The notes under the pieces were generated by a model. The model saw nothing but the letters and a program-made list of their open reading frames with translations. It did not search any database and was not told the origin of the DNA. Positions 27,655 through 37,126 of a DNA stretch of 58,849 nt are shown piece after piece. This stretch comes from Candidatus Zipacnadia bacterium. GTDB taxonomy: Bacteria > Armatimonadota > Zipacnadia > Zipacnadales > UBA5352. The stretch spans positions 1 through 58,849 of the forward strand of contig JALGVE010000010.1 in the NCBI GenBank assembly GCA_029820045.1, written 5' to 3'. The stretch's first letter is position 1; each line of letters begins with the position of its first letter. A program made the translations under genes and the position numbers.

Positions 27655-28196
27655 GGCCTCAGGAGTCCCTCACTCATCGAGCGGACCGCGCATGGGATGA
27701 CTCGACCGCCCGAAGGCAGCCGAGCGCGGCTACTCTCGCCTGGGTTCGCGGGTCCGAGGTTCAACGTCTGCCTGTAGGCTACACAACAGTCAGCCCGCCG
27801 TGCAGTTCCATCCTGAGTACCCGCTTAGCGTCTGGCGCGCGCCTGTCTGTGAGGATTGCCGGTGCGCCGGGGGCGTTGCCATCCGTAGGTCGGAACTCCT
27901 GCTCGTACATGTCTAGCGCGTCGGCGCGTCGTCTGTCGTGGGGAGGGGCCGCACGAAGGCTGAGGCGCCTCGCGCGCCGATGCCTGAGGCCGGCCCGCGC
28001 CTCACGCGAAGTAGCGGGCGCAACCGTAACCTCCGGCCCGCTGATATGCCGTGGCTTTTCCCGGGCCGACCTCGGCCGCCTCTCCCGCTGAGCGGGAGAA
28101 ACGGCCTCGTGCGGGCCCTCCCCTCTACGACGTTGCGTCGAGGCGAGCCCAACGGGTGGCAAGCCAACGCTAAACAGGCACCCTGCTCCGACTCTG

Positions 28197-30584
28197 TCAG
28201 TCCTCGGCCTTTATGATCCTGAGGTCGTCCAGGTAGGCCTCAACGTCGGCCGAGGTGAAGCTATGAATCCAGAGCTGTATGCTGGCGGTCTCATGCGGCG
28301 TCTCGAAGCGGAACTCGAAGGGTTCCCACTGCCCGGCAGCGCCCGACAAGGAGCCGACCGGAGCGATCCATCCTCTCTCGTCGGTGGGGTTCAGAGGATT
28401 CCCCTCAGCATCGAACAGCTTCACGTACATCCCGACCCCCTCGCCGCTGACATGGAACACCTTGCCGCTCAGGACAAAGGCTCCCGCGCCCTCCACCGGC
28501 ATGAGAGCCGAGGAGATATTCGAACCGCGCTGCTTGTCGTGGTCGGTGATCTTGAGCGAGGCGCTGCCCGTCGCGGCCTGCTCCTCAGATACCTCTCCCA
28601 GCCCGTTGCTCGGCAGAGACCAGCACCAGGACCCGTGCTCAAACCCGGCGTTCCTCAGCAGGCCGCCCACGCCTTCGTCCTCCAGCCCCTCCAGCGGGGT
28701 GATGCTCACGGTGATGGAGGCCGAGGTCACCGGGGCGACCAGCTTGATTGCCAGGCGAGTGGGCTGCGCGTGGGCCTCCTCATGGATCTCGTCCGCCTCG
28801 ATGGTGAACTCGCTGCCCTCAGTCTCAATATCAACCCTGAGGGCCTCGTCGAAATCGTAGACTGTCAGGCTTCCGTCCTCCATCTGACGCCAGGCACCGT
28901 CGGTAATGAGCGCGGTCTCAAAGGACTGCGGGCTGTCGAACTCGACGCGGTCAGTTACCGTCAGGGAACCGGCGCCCTGCCGCGAGTAGACAAAGGTGCG
29001 CTCCAGCGTTTTCAACTCAGGCACGTCGTAGGCCGATTTGATATCAAGCTGCAAAGTGTCGGCCTCGTCAGTGAACTCGGTCCGCAGGACCTCCGCTCGA
29101 GCCTCGCGGCCGGTCCGTTGGAGCTTCCCGGCCACGACGGGCACCGGGTGGCCGTAGGAGTTGAGCAGCTTGCTTTCGTAGCGCCGGCTGCTGAAGGTGC
29201 GGGCAGTGTAGACCTCGCTGCCCGGGTCGAGCAGGACCGCGCGCTCACCGGAGACGACCACATACGATCCCACGTCATTGTGATTGTGATGCTCCGCATT
29301 GTTGCCGCCCTTGAGGGCTACGCCCAGCCGGGATGCGGAGCCAGGAGCCGGGCGGCCTATCAGGATGCCGGCCTGATCAAACCACGTGCGCAGGCCGGGG
29401 CCCTCGGACTCCGCTGCGGTTGTCTCTGCCTCGGAGGCGGAGTTGGGGAAGGAGAAGATCATGGCCTCGGGAAGACTGCCGAGACCAGCGTTCGGCGGCA
29501 GCTCCTCGTACCCAGGCAGCCCCAGGTCCAGGCGCCGATTGACGTAGTACATGGTCGTCGTCGCGGGCTTAGCATTCACGCTGCAGTCGGCGAAGGCAGG
29601 AGACACGCCGCCGATGATCTGGATGCGCGCCCCGAAGCTCGCGGGCGCCCTGACCTCGGGAAGCTCGAACAGGTCCACGCCACCGCCGGTCGCCTGATAG
29701 ATGGTCTCGGCAAGCAGCACATAGTGGCCGAAGCCGTAGTTCCAGTAGCCCAGCCCCTCGCTGCAGTAGCCATCGGAGGTAAAGCCGGCCAGGAAGTTGC
29801 GCGAGTACTTCCCCGCCGCCACGACGAACTCAGCCCGTTGCTCGCGCGTCTCAAGCTCCACCAACCCTGCGCCCGTCACGCCCGCCAGGCAGACCGCGTT
29901 CCAGTTGTTGGTGGTCTTCATCCACCAGTTCGGCCCCCGGGCCCCGGTGAACATGTCGCGGTAGGGCGCCAGCACGCGGCGGCTCACATTGCTGCGCAAC
30001 AGCTCTCGCGTCGCCGCGCCGAGCTTGTCCCCCAGCAGGTAGTCTGCTGTTGCCAGGTTCCAGGCCAGTGCGGACGAGGCCAGGTCTATGTCGGTGGTCT
30101 CGCCGTTGAAGTTCGTGAGCTTGCGGTCATGCGCCGGCATGACCCAGGTGCGCTCTGCGCACAGCGCCTGCACGACCTCCTCTATCGCCGCGAGGAAGCG
30201 TCCCTTGTTTTCGGCGCACTCCGCGAGGACCAGGGGCGTCAGGCGGCCTCGGCGCTGCCCGGAGACCTTCTGCCATCGGGTGCGATTGCCGGTCCGAGAG
30301 AAGTCAAGGTAGAGGTCATCAGGCTGTTCGGGCAGGGGCTCGGAGAGGAGCTTCTCCGCCCGGGCAATCACTTGCTGGTAGGCGTCCTTCGCAGCGAGGG
30401 CATCCCAGGCAGCGCGATCTGTGATAGGTCTGCCCAGCCCGGCCGGGCGCTCCGGCAGCATGGCCGCTACCTCGGCGACGCGGTCGGCGTCCAGGCCTTC
30501 TTCGGCGCTCTCGGCAGAGGTCGCCGAGGTAAGCAAGACGGATAGCAGCAAGACCAGATAGAAGAGAACCAGGGGGGTGTTCAT
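28197..30584 (-). CDS. Heparinase II/III-family protein with C-terminal carbohydrate-binding-like domain
   Basis: TWVMPAH, IDLAS, NNWNAVC, DGYCSEGLGYWNYGFG, KGGNNAEHHNHNDVGS, SYGHPVP. C-terminal LLRNAGFE...YLDDLRI jelly-roll module. Confidence 0.88.
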   Translation of the reverse strand: MNTPLVLFYLVLLLSVLLTSATSAESAEEGLDADRVAEVAAMLPERPAGLGRPITDRAAWDALAAKDAYQQVIARAEKLLSEPLPEQPDDLYLDFSRTGNRTRWQKVSGQRRGRLTPLVLAECAENKGRFLAAIEEVVQALCAERTWVMPAHDRKLTNFNGETTDIDLASSALAWNLATADYLLGDKLGAATRELLRSNVSRRVLAPYRDMFTGARGPNWWMKTTNNWNAVCLAGVTGAGLVELETREQRAEFVVAAGKYSRNFLAGFTSDGYCSEGLGYWNYGFGHYVLLAETIYQATGGGVDLFELPEVRAPASFGARIQIIGGVSPAFADCSVNAKPATTTMYYVNRRLDLGLPGYEELPPNAGLGSLPEAMIFSFPNSASEAETTAAESEGPGLRTWFDQAGILIGRPAPGSASRLGVALKGGNNAEHHNHNDVGSYVVVSGERAVLLDPGSEVYTARTFSSRRYESKLLNSYGHPVPVVAGKLQRTGREARAEVLRTEFTDEADTLQLDIKSAYDVPELKTLERTFVYSRQGAGSLTVTDRVEFDSPQSFETALITDGAWRQMEDGSLTVYDFDEALRVDIETEGSEFTIEADEIHEEAHAQPTRLAIKLVAPVTSASITVSITPLEGLEDEGVGGLLRNAGFEHGSWCWSLPSNGLGEVSEEQAATGSASLKITDHDKQRGSNISSALMPVEGAGAFVLSGKVFHVSGEGVGMYVKLFDAEGNPLNPTDERGWIAPVGSLSGAAGQWEPFEFRFETPHETASIQLWIHSFTSADVEAYLDDLRIIKAED

Positions 30585-30852
30585 CGGGTTAGCTCGCTCC
30601 CTTTCGTGGAGTCTACGGCCGGGCCAGCCTGCTCTGACATTCGGCGTGCAGGCCCGACCTGAAGGACTGCTCTTTCACCGGCGCGAAGTATACGCGCGGG
30701 TACTTCGCGCCGTCAACTACTGTAGACGCCCAGCAGGAGCATCGGTTTTAGCTGCAGGGCGTGCGGCCGGGTGTTCTCTGGTTAAGAAAAGCCCCCAGGT
30801 ACAGGCTTCGGTGCGATGCTCCTTGAGCGCTATTGCTTGCCTTATCCGAATC

Positions 30853-30872
30853 GGCCGACAAGAATGTCGGCC
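30853..30872. repeat. REP-like hairpin GGCCGACA-AGAA-TGTCGGCC
   Basis: Perfect 8-bp arms in intergenic DNA. Confidence 0.5.
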
Positions 30873-31080
30873 CCCTGACAAGAAAACCGATGCCCCTGCC
30901 GCGTCGGGGGCGTCTAGAGATCGTCGGTGGGTTGGGACTATGCGGGGGCTGAGGGCAGCCCCCGCCACCAACGGACCGCAGCGCCCTCGCCACCCCGCAC
31001 ATTCTGACGGGGGCGCCCTGGCCCGTATATCGTGACGGGGGCGCCCTCGCTCCCCCCCCCGTAGCCGAGGTGAGCAACAG

Positions 31081-31560
31081 ATGCAATACAGTGAGGGCCG
31101 CATCGGCCGCGTCTTCGCCCTGCGACTCGAGCACACGGAACCCATGCCAGAAACCCTCGAGACCTTCGCCGCTGAGAAGGGCGTCTACTCGGGGCTGGTC
31201 ATCATGGTCGGCGGCGTGGATAAGGGCAGCAGGCTCGTAGTTGGGCCTGAGGATGGCGAAGCCCTGCCCGCGGTGCCGATGGTTGCGACGCTTGCCGGCG
31301 CCCACGAGCTGGCCGGCGTTGGCACGCTCTTCCCAGCGGAACCTGAGACCCCGGGAGAGCCCGGCAAGCCAGTGCTGCACATGCACGCCGCCTGTGGCCG
31401 CGAGGACAGCACTATCACCGGCTGCATCCGCGAGGGCATCAGCACCTGGCAGATACTTGAGGTCATACTCATCGAGATTACCGGGTTGGACGCGGCCCGT
31501 GTCAGCGATCCGATCACCGGCTTCGAGCTCTTGCAGTGCCAGACCGCAGGCGGCGCGTGA
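31081..31560 (+). CDS. PPC-domain (DUF296) protein
   Basis: GRVFALRLE, ELAGVGTLF, PVLHMHAACGR, LEVILIE. Confidence 0.88.
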   Translation: MQYSEGRIGRVFALRLEHTEPMPETLETFAAEKGVYSGLVIMVGGVDKGSRLVVGPEDGEALPAVPMVATLAGAHELAGVGTLFPAEPETPGEPGKPVLHMHAACGREDSTITGCIREGISTWQILEVILIEITGLDAARVSDPITGFELLQCQTAGGA

Positions 31561-31668
31561 CAACGCTCCGCGGTTGTTGGGCATCGCGAAGGCGTGACGA
31601 GAGGATTACCGCGCCTCGAGAGAGAAGAACCTGTTGTCCGATTCCAGCTTGCCCGCGAGGTGGATGCC

Positions 31669-34600
31669 ATGAGGCACCTGATAGCCGTCAGCCTGGTAGC
31701 ACTTATCCCGATGACCGCGATCAGCGCACCCGTGCACGTGCTGGACATGACCACACTGACGCCCGCGTTTCCGGTTGAGGACGCGCTGGCGGACCTTGGC
31801 GAGCGCGTTCAGGTCAGCCAGCCGGATGTTGCTCAAGCGCAGGCGCTTGAGGACGTTGATGTCCTGTTGATAGACGGCGGGGCCAATCTCGAGAGGCTCG
31901 GGTTGGGCGCTGGAGGCCTACAGGAGTTTGTGAGGCGCGGTGGCGGCATCCTGGTGGCGGGCCTGCCCGATGCACTGCCGCGCACTAACGCCCTGTGGGA
32001 ACTGCTCGGTGAGGCTGCGCCGGCCGATGTGCCGGCCGCCGACCTGTTCCCGAGCGAGGCGGGCAACTGGATGTGGATCCCACCGCAGCAGGGCGAGACA
32101 CCAGATCATATCCGCTACATCCGCAAGGTCATCGAGGTTACCAAGCCAGTCAAACGCGCGTTCATCCGCTGCACCGTGGACAACCTCTACTGGGTCTACC
32201 TCAACGGCGAGCAGGTCGGTTACCACTGGAGCTGGTACGATAACGAGCTGTGGGACATCGCGGACAAGCTGAAGCAGGGCAAGAACGTGGTGGCCTTCAA
32301 GGGCCGGAACGTGGATGGCCCGGGGGGCTTCTTCGCGCAGGTGGGGATCGAGTATGAGGACGGGACGCGCGAACTCATCGTGAGCGACAAGTCCTGGAAG
32401 TTCCACATCCCGGAGGAGGAAGGCTGGTCAAGCCTGGAGTTCGACGACTCCGGTTGGGGCACAGCTACGTCCGTTACGCCCATGGCCAGCAAGCGCGTGC
32501 TGCCAGATACCGCGACGAAGACCGAGGGCGACCTCGCGCTGGACGCCTCACACCCGATCCTCAATGCCATTGCTAACCGCTTCGGCACGGAGCACTTCCT
32601 TCGCGGCGTGATCCCGCGGGAGGGCGCAGCCGTCATCGCGCGCGTCGGGGACCATCCGGTCATGCTCGCGAGCAGCTTCGGGGAGGGCCGCGTGGTTCTC
32701 ATTGACGCTGTTACCCAGCCCGGGGGCATCGGCGTCGGTGACATGAGCGACGATCTGTTGGCAACCTCAATCCTGTGGCTGGCCGGGCGCGCGGACGGCC
32801 TCAGCATCGCCGAGGTCGCCTATCCCCCAGCCGAGCTTACCCGCGCCGACCCGTGCTCGCTCGGCTTCACGCTCAAGACCCCCCAGGCGCGGGTGAGCTG
32901 CGTTCTAACCGCGACTCTGACCCGTGATGGTCAGCCCTTGGGCGACGAGTGGCGCTTCAACCTTGGCCCGGGGATTGAGCCTCAGACGGAGGAGCGATCG
33001 GTCGAGCTGCGCGGCTACCAGGCCGAGGGGGCCTACGAGCTATCGCTGACTGCAAGGGATGAGCAGGGAGACATTATCTTTCACAGGGATGCGACGACGG
33101 AGGTGAAGAACCCCGTGAACCTGACTCTCAGCGTTCCGGCGAACCGGTATGTGACAGCCGAGGGAGCGCGAATTGACTTCCAGGGCGCCGTCGAGGGCGA
33201 GTTCCCGGCAGGCAGTGTCACGACGGCGAAGATCATCGGGCCGCGCGGCGAGGAGTTGACCGCACTCGAGGGCACGCCGGCGGAGGAGGGCATAGTATGG
33301 TCGTATGAGGTGCCTGACCTGGCGGAGGGGGAGTACCAGCTTGTAACGCAGGTGACGGGCGAGGACGGCAAGATCATTGACACCTCGCGACTGAGCTTCT
33401 ACGTTGTGCCCCGCCTCGACCTGGACGACTTCTTCTGCACCACCATGCGCATGTCCAAGCTCACGGTCCTCAACAAGCAAGCGGTGGAGCGTGAAATAGA
33501 CGACATCATCGCCCACGGCTTCAACACTCTGACCTTCAGCGCCCGCCGGCTGGGGGCCGCCCCCGGCTCCCCTTACGACTACGCGGAGGACTATGCGCAG
33601 CGCCGGGGCATGGCTATCACCTACTCATTCCAGGGCAGCTTCTCCCTGCTGCGCCGCGATGCCCTGCCGGAGGTCTCCGTCTTCTCGCCGGAGTACAAGG
33701 AAGCGCTGCGTCCGCGGATCGAGAAAGCGATTGAGACGTGCAGGCTGGTGCCACGGCTGCTGAACGTGCAGGGCTACATGGACGAACCCTTCCAGGTGAG
33801 CGGGAAGACCTTTGACGACCGCCCGCCCGCGCGCGCGGAGTTCAAGCGGCGCTACGGCATCGAGATGCCGACCCGTGAGGAGGCGATGAAAGACCCCGCT
33901 CTGTGGCTCAAGTACGTTGACTTCTGGAGTGACGGCTTCGCGGCGGGCTGGCGGCAGAGTTATGCGATGGTCAAGGAGATGTACCCTGACTTCTGGGTGG
34001 AGCTTACGCATGATTCGCACAACACCTTCGGCGCCGCGGGCCGCGACTTCAAGGGTTCATGGGCCGTGGATGATGTCTATCACTGGGGCGCGCCCTTCGA
34101 TTCGGTGAACTATGACATCTATCCCTACTGGTCCATAGACTTCCGCCTGGGCAAGTTCCGCGAGCATCCCCTCCCACGCATGGCCGGGGTGCACATGGCC
34201 TTCGCGGAGATGCGCAACCTCGCCTACACCTATGACAAGAAGCTCGGCTTCTGGCTGGAGTCCGTGGCGACCGGCGGGGGCAACAAGAACCCCAACATCG
34301 GTGACATCTACTGGTCGCCGCGCGAGCTGACCTACACGGCCATCGCCGCGGGCTGCGACTACCTGAACACCTTCTGGGGCATCCCGCAGAACGACCGCTG
34401 GTGGCAGACCTACGGAGAGACGATGAACGAGGTCAAGCAGGTCGCGCCCCTGCTCACGCGAAGCCGCGTCCCCCGCGCGCGGGCCGCGTTCCTTTTCCCC
34501 CGCACCCAGCACGTGCTCCTGCAGGAGGAGTACTGGAACGTGATGGTGGGGCTGGAGGCCTTCCGCCAGGCCTACGGCGAGCTTGACTGCATTCATGAGG

Positions 34601-35619
34601 ACCAGCTCGCGGAGGGGACGCTGGATGAGTACCGGGTCCTTGTGCTCTTCGACATCCACCTGATGAAGCGGGCCTCCGCCGAGATCATCCGCGAGTGGTG
34701 CAAGGCGGGCGGTATCATCATCGCGGACGAGGTCCCCTCGATGGATGAACTCAAGCAGCCGCTGGGGGTCTTCGAGCCGGTCTTCGGCCTTGCGGGCACC
34801 GGCGAGGTCAGAGAGGGACCCTTTGAGATGGAGGGAGGGCACAAGCTCTGGGGGATGCGCAGCTATGTCGCCGACGGGGCGGAGGAACGCGGAGCGAGAG
34901 TCGGCGATGCCCCCCTCGCGTTCGAGCACGACCTGGGGCAGGGCACTGCGTGGCTGCTGAACTACCCGGTGAAGGACTGCTACCTCGATGCGCTGGTGCG
35001 CGGCAACGAGAACAGGGACGCCGACCTGATCCTGGGGACCATTGATGACTGCCTGCGAGAGGGCCCCCCACCGAACGTCAGCTCCAGCAACCCGTGGATC
35101 GAGGCGGCGCTGCGGCAGACCGCGGACGGGGTCACCCTGGTGCTCCTGATCAACCACGAGAGCGAGGATGCCCTGACCCGGGTAGAGGTCCGCGGCGCGC
35201 CGGACGGGGGTATTGTCCGCGACCTGATAACGGGCGAGCGCCTCCCGCACGGCGCGGCGTACGCGATGGACCTGCGATGTCCATGGGGTACCACCCGCCT
35301 GCTCGGTATCTTCCCGTCCGATCCGAGCGGGACCGCGATAAGGGACCTACCTGCAACCGGGAAGCGGGGCGAGAGGGTGGACTACGCCGTGAGGGTCGGC
35401 GGCGCGGGCACTCGCGGGAACTACCTGCTGGAGATCACTGTCACCGGTCCCGACGGCGAACGTCGCGAGGCGTTCTGCGCTCGCACCTGCACGAGGCACG
35501 GCACCTGCGCACGCTCGATTCGTCTGCCCATCAACGCGGAAGAGGGTACGTGGACGATCGGCGCCCGAAGCCTGTGGGACGGCTCCGAGGCCCGCGCGAC
35601 CTTCACGGTGCAGGGCTGA
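31669..35619 (+). CDS. Large secreted multidomain glycoside hydrolase (GH42-like barrel + trimerisation domain)
   Basis: Signal peptide, jelly-roll module (TVDNLYWVYLNG, SDKSWK), TIM barrel with MDEP and YDIYPY, trimerisation-type region (EDQLAEGTLDEYRVLVL, WCKAGGIIIAD), Ig-like C-terminus. Confidence 0.7.
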   Translation: MRHLIAVSLVALIPMTAISAPVHVLDMTTLTPAFPVEDALADLGERVQVSQPDVAQAQALEDVDVLLIDGGANLERLGLGAGGLQEFVRRGGGILVAGLPDALPRTNALWELLGEAAPADVPAADLFPSEAGNWMWIPPQQGETPDHIRYIRKVIEVTKPVKRAFIRCTVDNLYWVYLNGEQVGYHWSWYDNELWDIADKLKQGKNVVAFKGRNVDGPGGFFAQVGIEYEDGTRELIVSDKSWKFHIPEEEGWSSLEFDDSGWGTATSVTPMASKRVLPDTATKTEGDLALDASHPILNAIANRFGTEHFLRGVIPREGAAVIARVGDHPVMLASSFGEGRVVLIDAVTQPGGIGVGDMSDDLLATSILWLAGRADGLSIAEVAYPPAELTRADPCSLGFTLKTPQARVSCVLTATLTRDGQPLGDEWRFNLGPGIEPQTEERSVELRGYQAEGAYELSLTARDEQGDIIFHRDATTEVKNPVNLTLSVPANRYVTAEGARIDFQGAVEGEFPAGSVTTAKIIGPRGEELTALEGTPAEEGIVWSYEVPDLAEGEYQLVTQVTGEDGKIIDTSRLSFYVVPRLDLDDFFCTTMRMSKLTVLNKQAVEREIDDIIAHGFNTLTFSARRLGAAPGSPYDYAEDYAQRRGMAITYSFQGSFSLLRRDALPEVSVFSPEYKEALRPRIEKAIETCRLVPRLLNVQGYMDEPFQVSGKTFDDRPPARAEFKRRYGIEMPTREEAMKDPALWLKYVDFWSDGFAAGWRQSYAMVKEMYPDFWVELTHDSHNTFGAAGRDFKGSWAVDDVYHWGAPFDSVNYDIYPYWSIDFRLGKFREHPLPRMAGVHMAFAEMRNLAYTYDKKLGFWLESVATGGGNKNPNIGDIYWSPRELTYTAIAAGCDYLNTFWGIPQNDRWWQTYGETMNEVKQVAPLLTRSRVPRARAAFLFPRTQHVLLQEEYWNVMVGLEAFRQAYGELDCIHEDQLAEGTLDEYRVLVLFDIHLMKRASAEIIREWCKAGGIIIADEVPSMDELKQPLGVFEPVFGLAGTGEVREGPFEMEGGHKLWGMRSYVADGAEERGARVGDAPLAFEHDLGQGTAWLLNYPVKDCYLDALVRGNENRDADLILGTIDDCLREGPPPNVSSSNPWIEAALRQTADGVTLVLLINHESEDALTRVEVRGAPDGGIVRDLITGERLPHGAAYAMDLRCPWGTTRLLGIFPSDPSGTAIRDLPATGKRGERVDYAVRVGGAGTRGNYLLEITVTGPDGERREAFCARTCTRHGTCARSIRLPINAEEGTWTIGARSLWDGSEARATFTVQG

Positions 35620-35731
35620 GGGGGTTCAAGAACCTGTGCCGCAAAAGTGGGGCAGTCCGGAGACCGTCCCACTGTTAGCCCGCATTGTCCAGCAGCTCAC
35701 CCTCGGCGCCTATCCAGGGCGGTGGGCCGTT

Positions 35732-35795
35732 GGGGACTGACACCATTTCGGGCGTTCCCGCCCATGGGCGGGACCCGAAATGGCTGTCTGTCCCC
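35732..35795. repeat. 64-bp near-perfect hairpin with GGGGAC...GTCCCC ends
   Basis: GGGGACTGACACCATTTCGGG...CCCGAAATGGCTGTCTGTCCCC. Ends resemble the element at 36988-37076. Confidence 0.7.
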
Positions 35796-35951
35796 CTGTA
35801 GGGGTGGCTGAGCCTCGCGCAACACACTGCCCCGGCGGCGCAAATGGCGGTCAGTGCACGACAACCACAGGAATAGGGCACTCTGCCCGATCTACGCCGG
35901 CCCCCATGCCTATCATCAATAATGCGGGTCAGAGGGCGACAGCCCCCGCTC

Positions 35952-36944
35952 TCACGCCACGTAGACTACGGCCTCGTTCTGCACGGACTCGATGGCTGCG
36001 GCGATGACCTTTTGCGCCGCGAGGCCGTCCGCTCCCGAACCGTCAATCTCCGCCGGCGGCGTCCCCTGGGACACCTGGCGGGTGAAGGTGCGCAGCCGCT
36101 CGATGAAAGTGTCAACGAAGTCGCGGTAGCCGCCGAAGACCGGGTTGGTGTACACGACCTTCTGAGGATCGCCCGCCGGGTAAAGCGTGGCCTCCCGCCA
36201 CATGTCCTCCAGCACGAACCGGCCGCTCACGCCCGCCACCTCGCAGCGCTCCATGGGATGACCTCGCTCGATGTCGTAGCTCGCCGTGAGGTTCCCTACC
36301 GCGCCGCTCTCGAAGCGGGCGTTCATCTGCATCGTTGTCCAGATGCTGCGACCGGGCGCCTTCGTGGCGAAGCAGTGCACGGCCTCGATGTCCCCCGCGA
36401 AGTACCGCATCATGTCCACCGTGTGGGGGTTGAGGGCCTTCATCATGAACCACGGCGAACTCTCGTTGGGGTTCTTGATCCACATCGCCATGTTCACGAA
36501 CAACTGATGGCCGATACGCCCCTCCTCTACCCACTGCTTTGCCAGGCGCGCGGCGGGCGTGAACCGGTGGTTGAAGTCAATCCCGAAGCACAGGCCCTTC
36601 TCGCGCGCGAGCGCCACCATCTCCTCAGCCCGGGCTATCTCGTTACAGATCGGCTTCTCGCACAGCACGTGGCAGCCGGCGCCCAAGGCCTGCATGGTCG
36701 GCTCATAGTGATCGCTCCCGTACTCCACGCCGCCCGTGGCCACGCTGCACATGTCAGGCTGAAGGCTGTCAATCATCTCCTGGGCGTCGTAGAACGCCGG
36801 GACCTCCAGCCTCTCAGCCGCCGCGTCAGCGCGGTCGTGGAGGATGTCACAGACTCCCACCAGCTCGCTTAGAGGGTCTTGCTTGTAGATGTCGGCATGG
36901 CGATTACCGATCGGACCACAACCTATCACCGCAACTCTCAACAT
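35952..36944 (-). CDS. Gfo/Idh/MocA-family oxidoreductase
   Basis: MLRVAVIGCGPIG, LCEKPI, FNHRF. The ORF-track extension to 37097 runs through an inserted hairpin element. Confidence 0.9.
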   Translation of the reverse strand: MLRVAVIGCGPIGNRHADIYKQDPLSELVGVCDILHDRADAAAERLEVPAFYDAQEMIDSLQPDMCSVATGGVEYGSDHYEPTMQALGAGCHVLCEKPICNEIARAEEMVALAREKGLCFGIDFNHRFTPAARLAKQWVEEGRIGHQLFVNMAMWIKNPNESSPWFMMKALNPHTVDMMRYFAGDIEAVHCFATKAPGRSIWTTMQMNARFESGAVGNLTASYDIERGHPMERCEVAGVSGRFVLEDMWREATLYPAGDPQKVVYTNPVFGGYRDFVDTFIERLRTFTRQVSQGTPPAEIDGSGADGLAAQKVIAAAIESVQNEAVVYVA

Positions 36945-37126
36945 GGGCTTGTGACACTTCCTGTCAGTGCGATTTGGCCTGAAGTCAGGAAAAAGGGGAC
37001 AGTCACCTATTTCCCCGTCACGCCTTGTAACGAGCAAGAGTGAAGGCAGGGAAATAGGTGACTGTCCCCCTTTTCCCTCAACATGGACTTGTGACACTTC
37101 CTGTCAGTGCGACTTGGCCTGGAGTC
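36937..37126. mobile_element. MITE-like 90-bp hairpin element flanked by 50-bp direct repeats
   Basis: Inverted repeats 36988-37015 and 37049-37076 (27/28). Direct repeats 36937-36986 and 37077-37126 (47/50). Confidence 0.8.

Noticed and set aside
28263-30545. Long antisense ORFs (also 2533-3585, 20499-21746, 25705-27030, 37107-39158, 41852-43060)
   Set aside because: Shadow frames opposite well-supported genes, expected in high-GC DNA, with no recognisable motifs.
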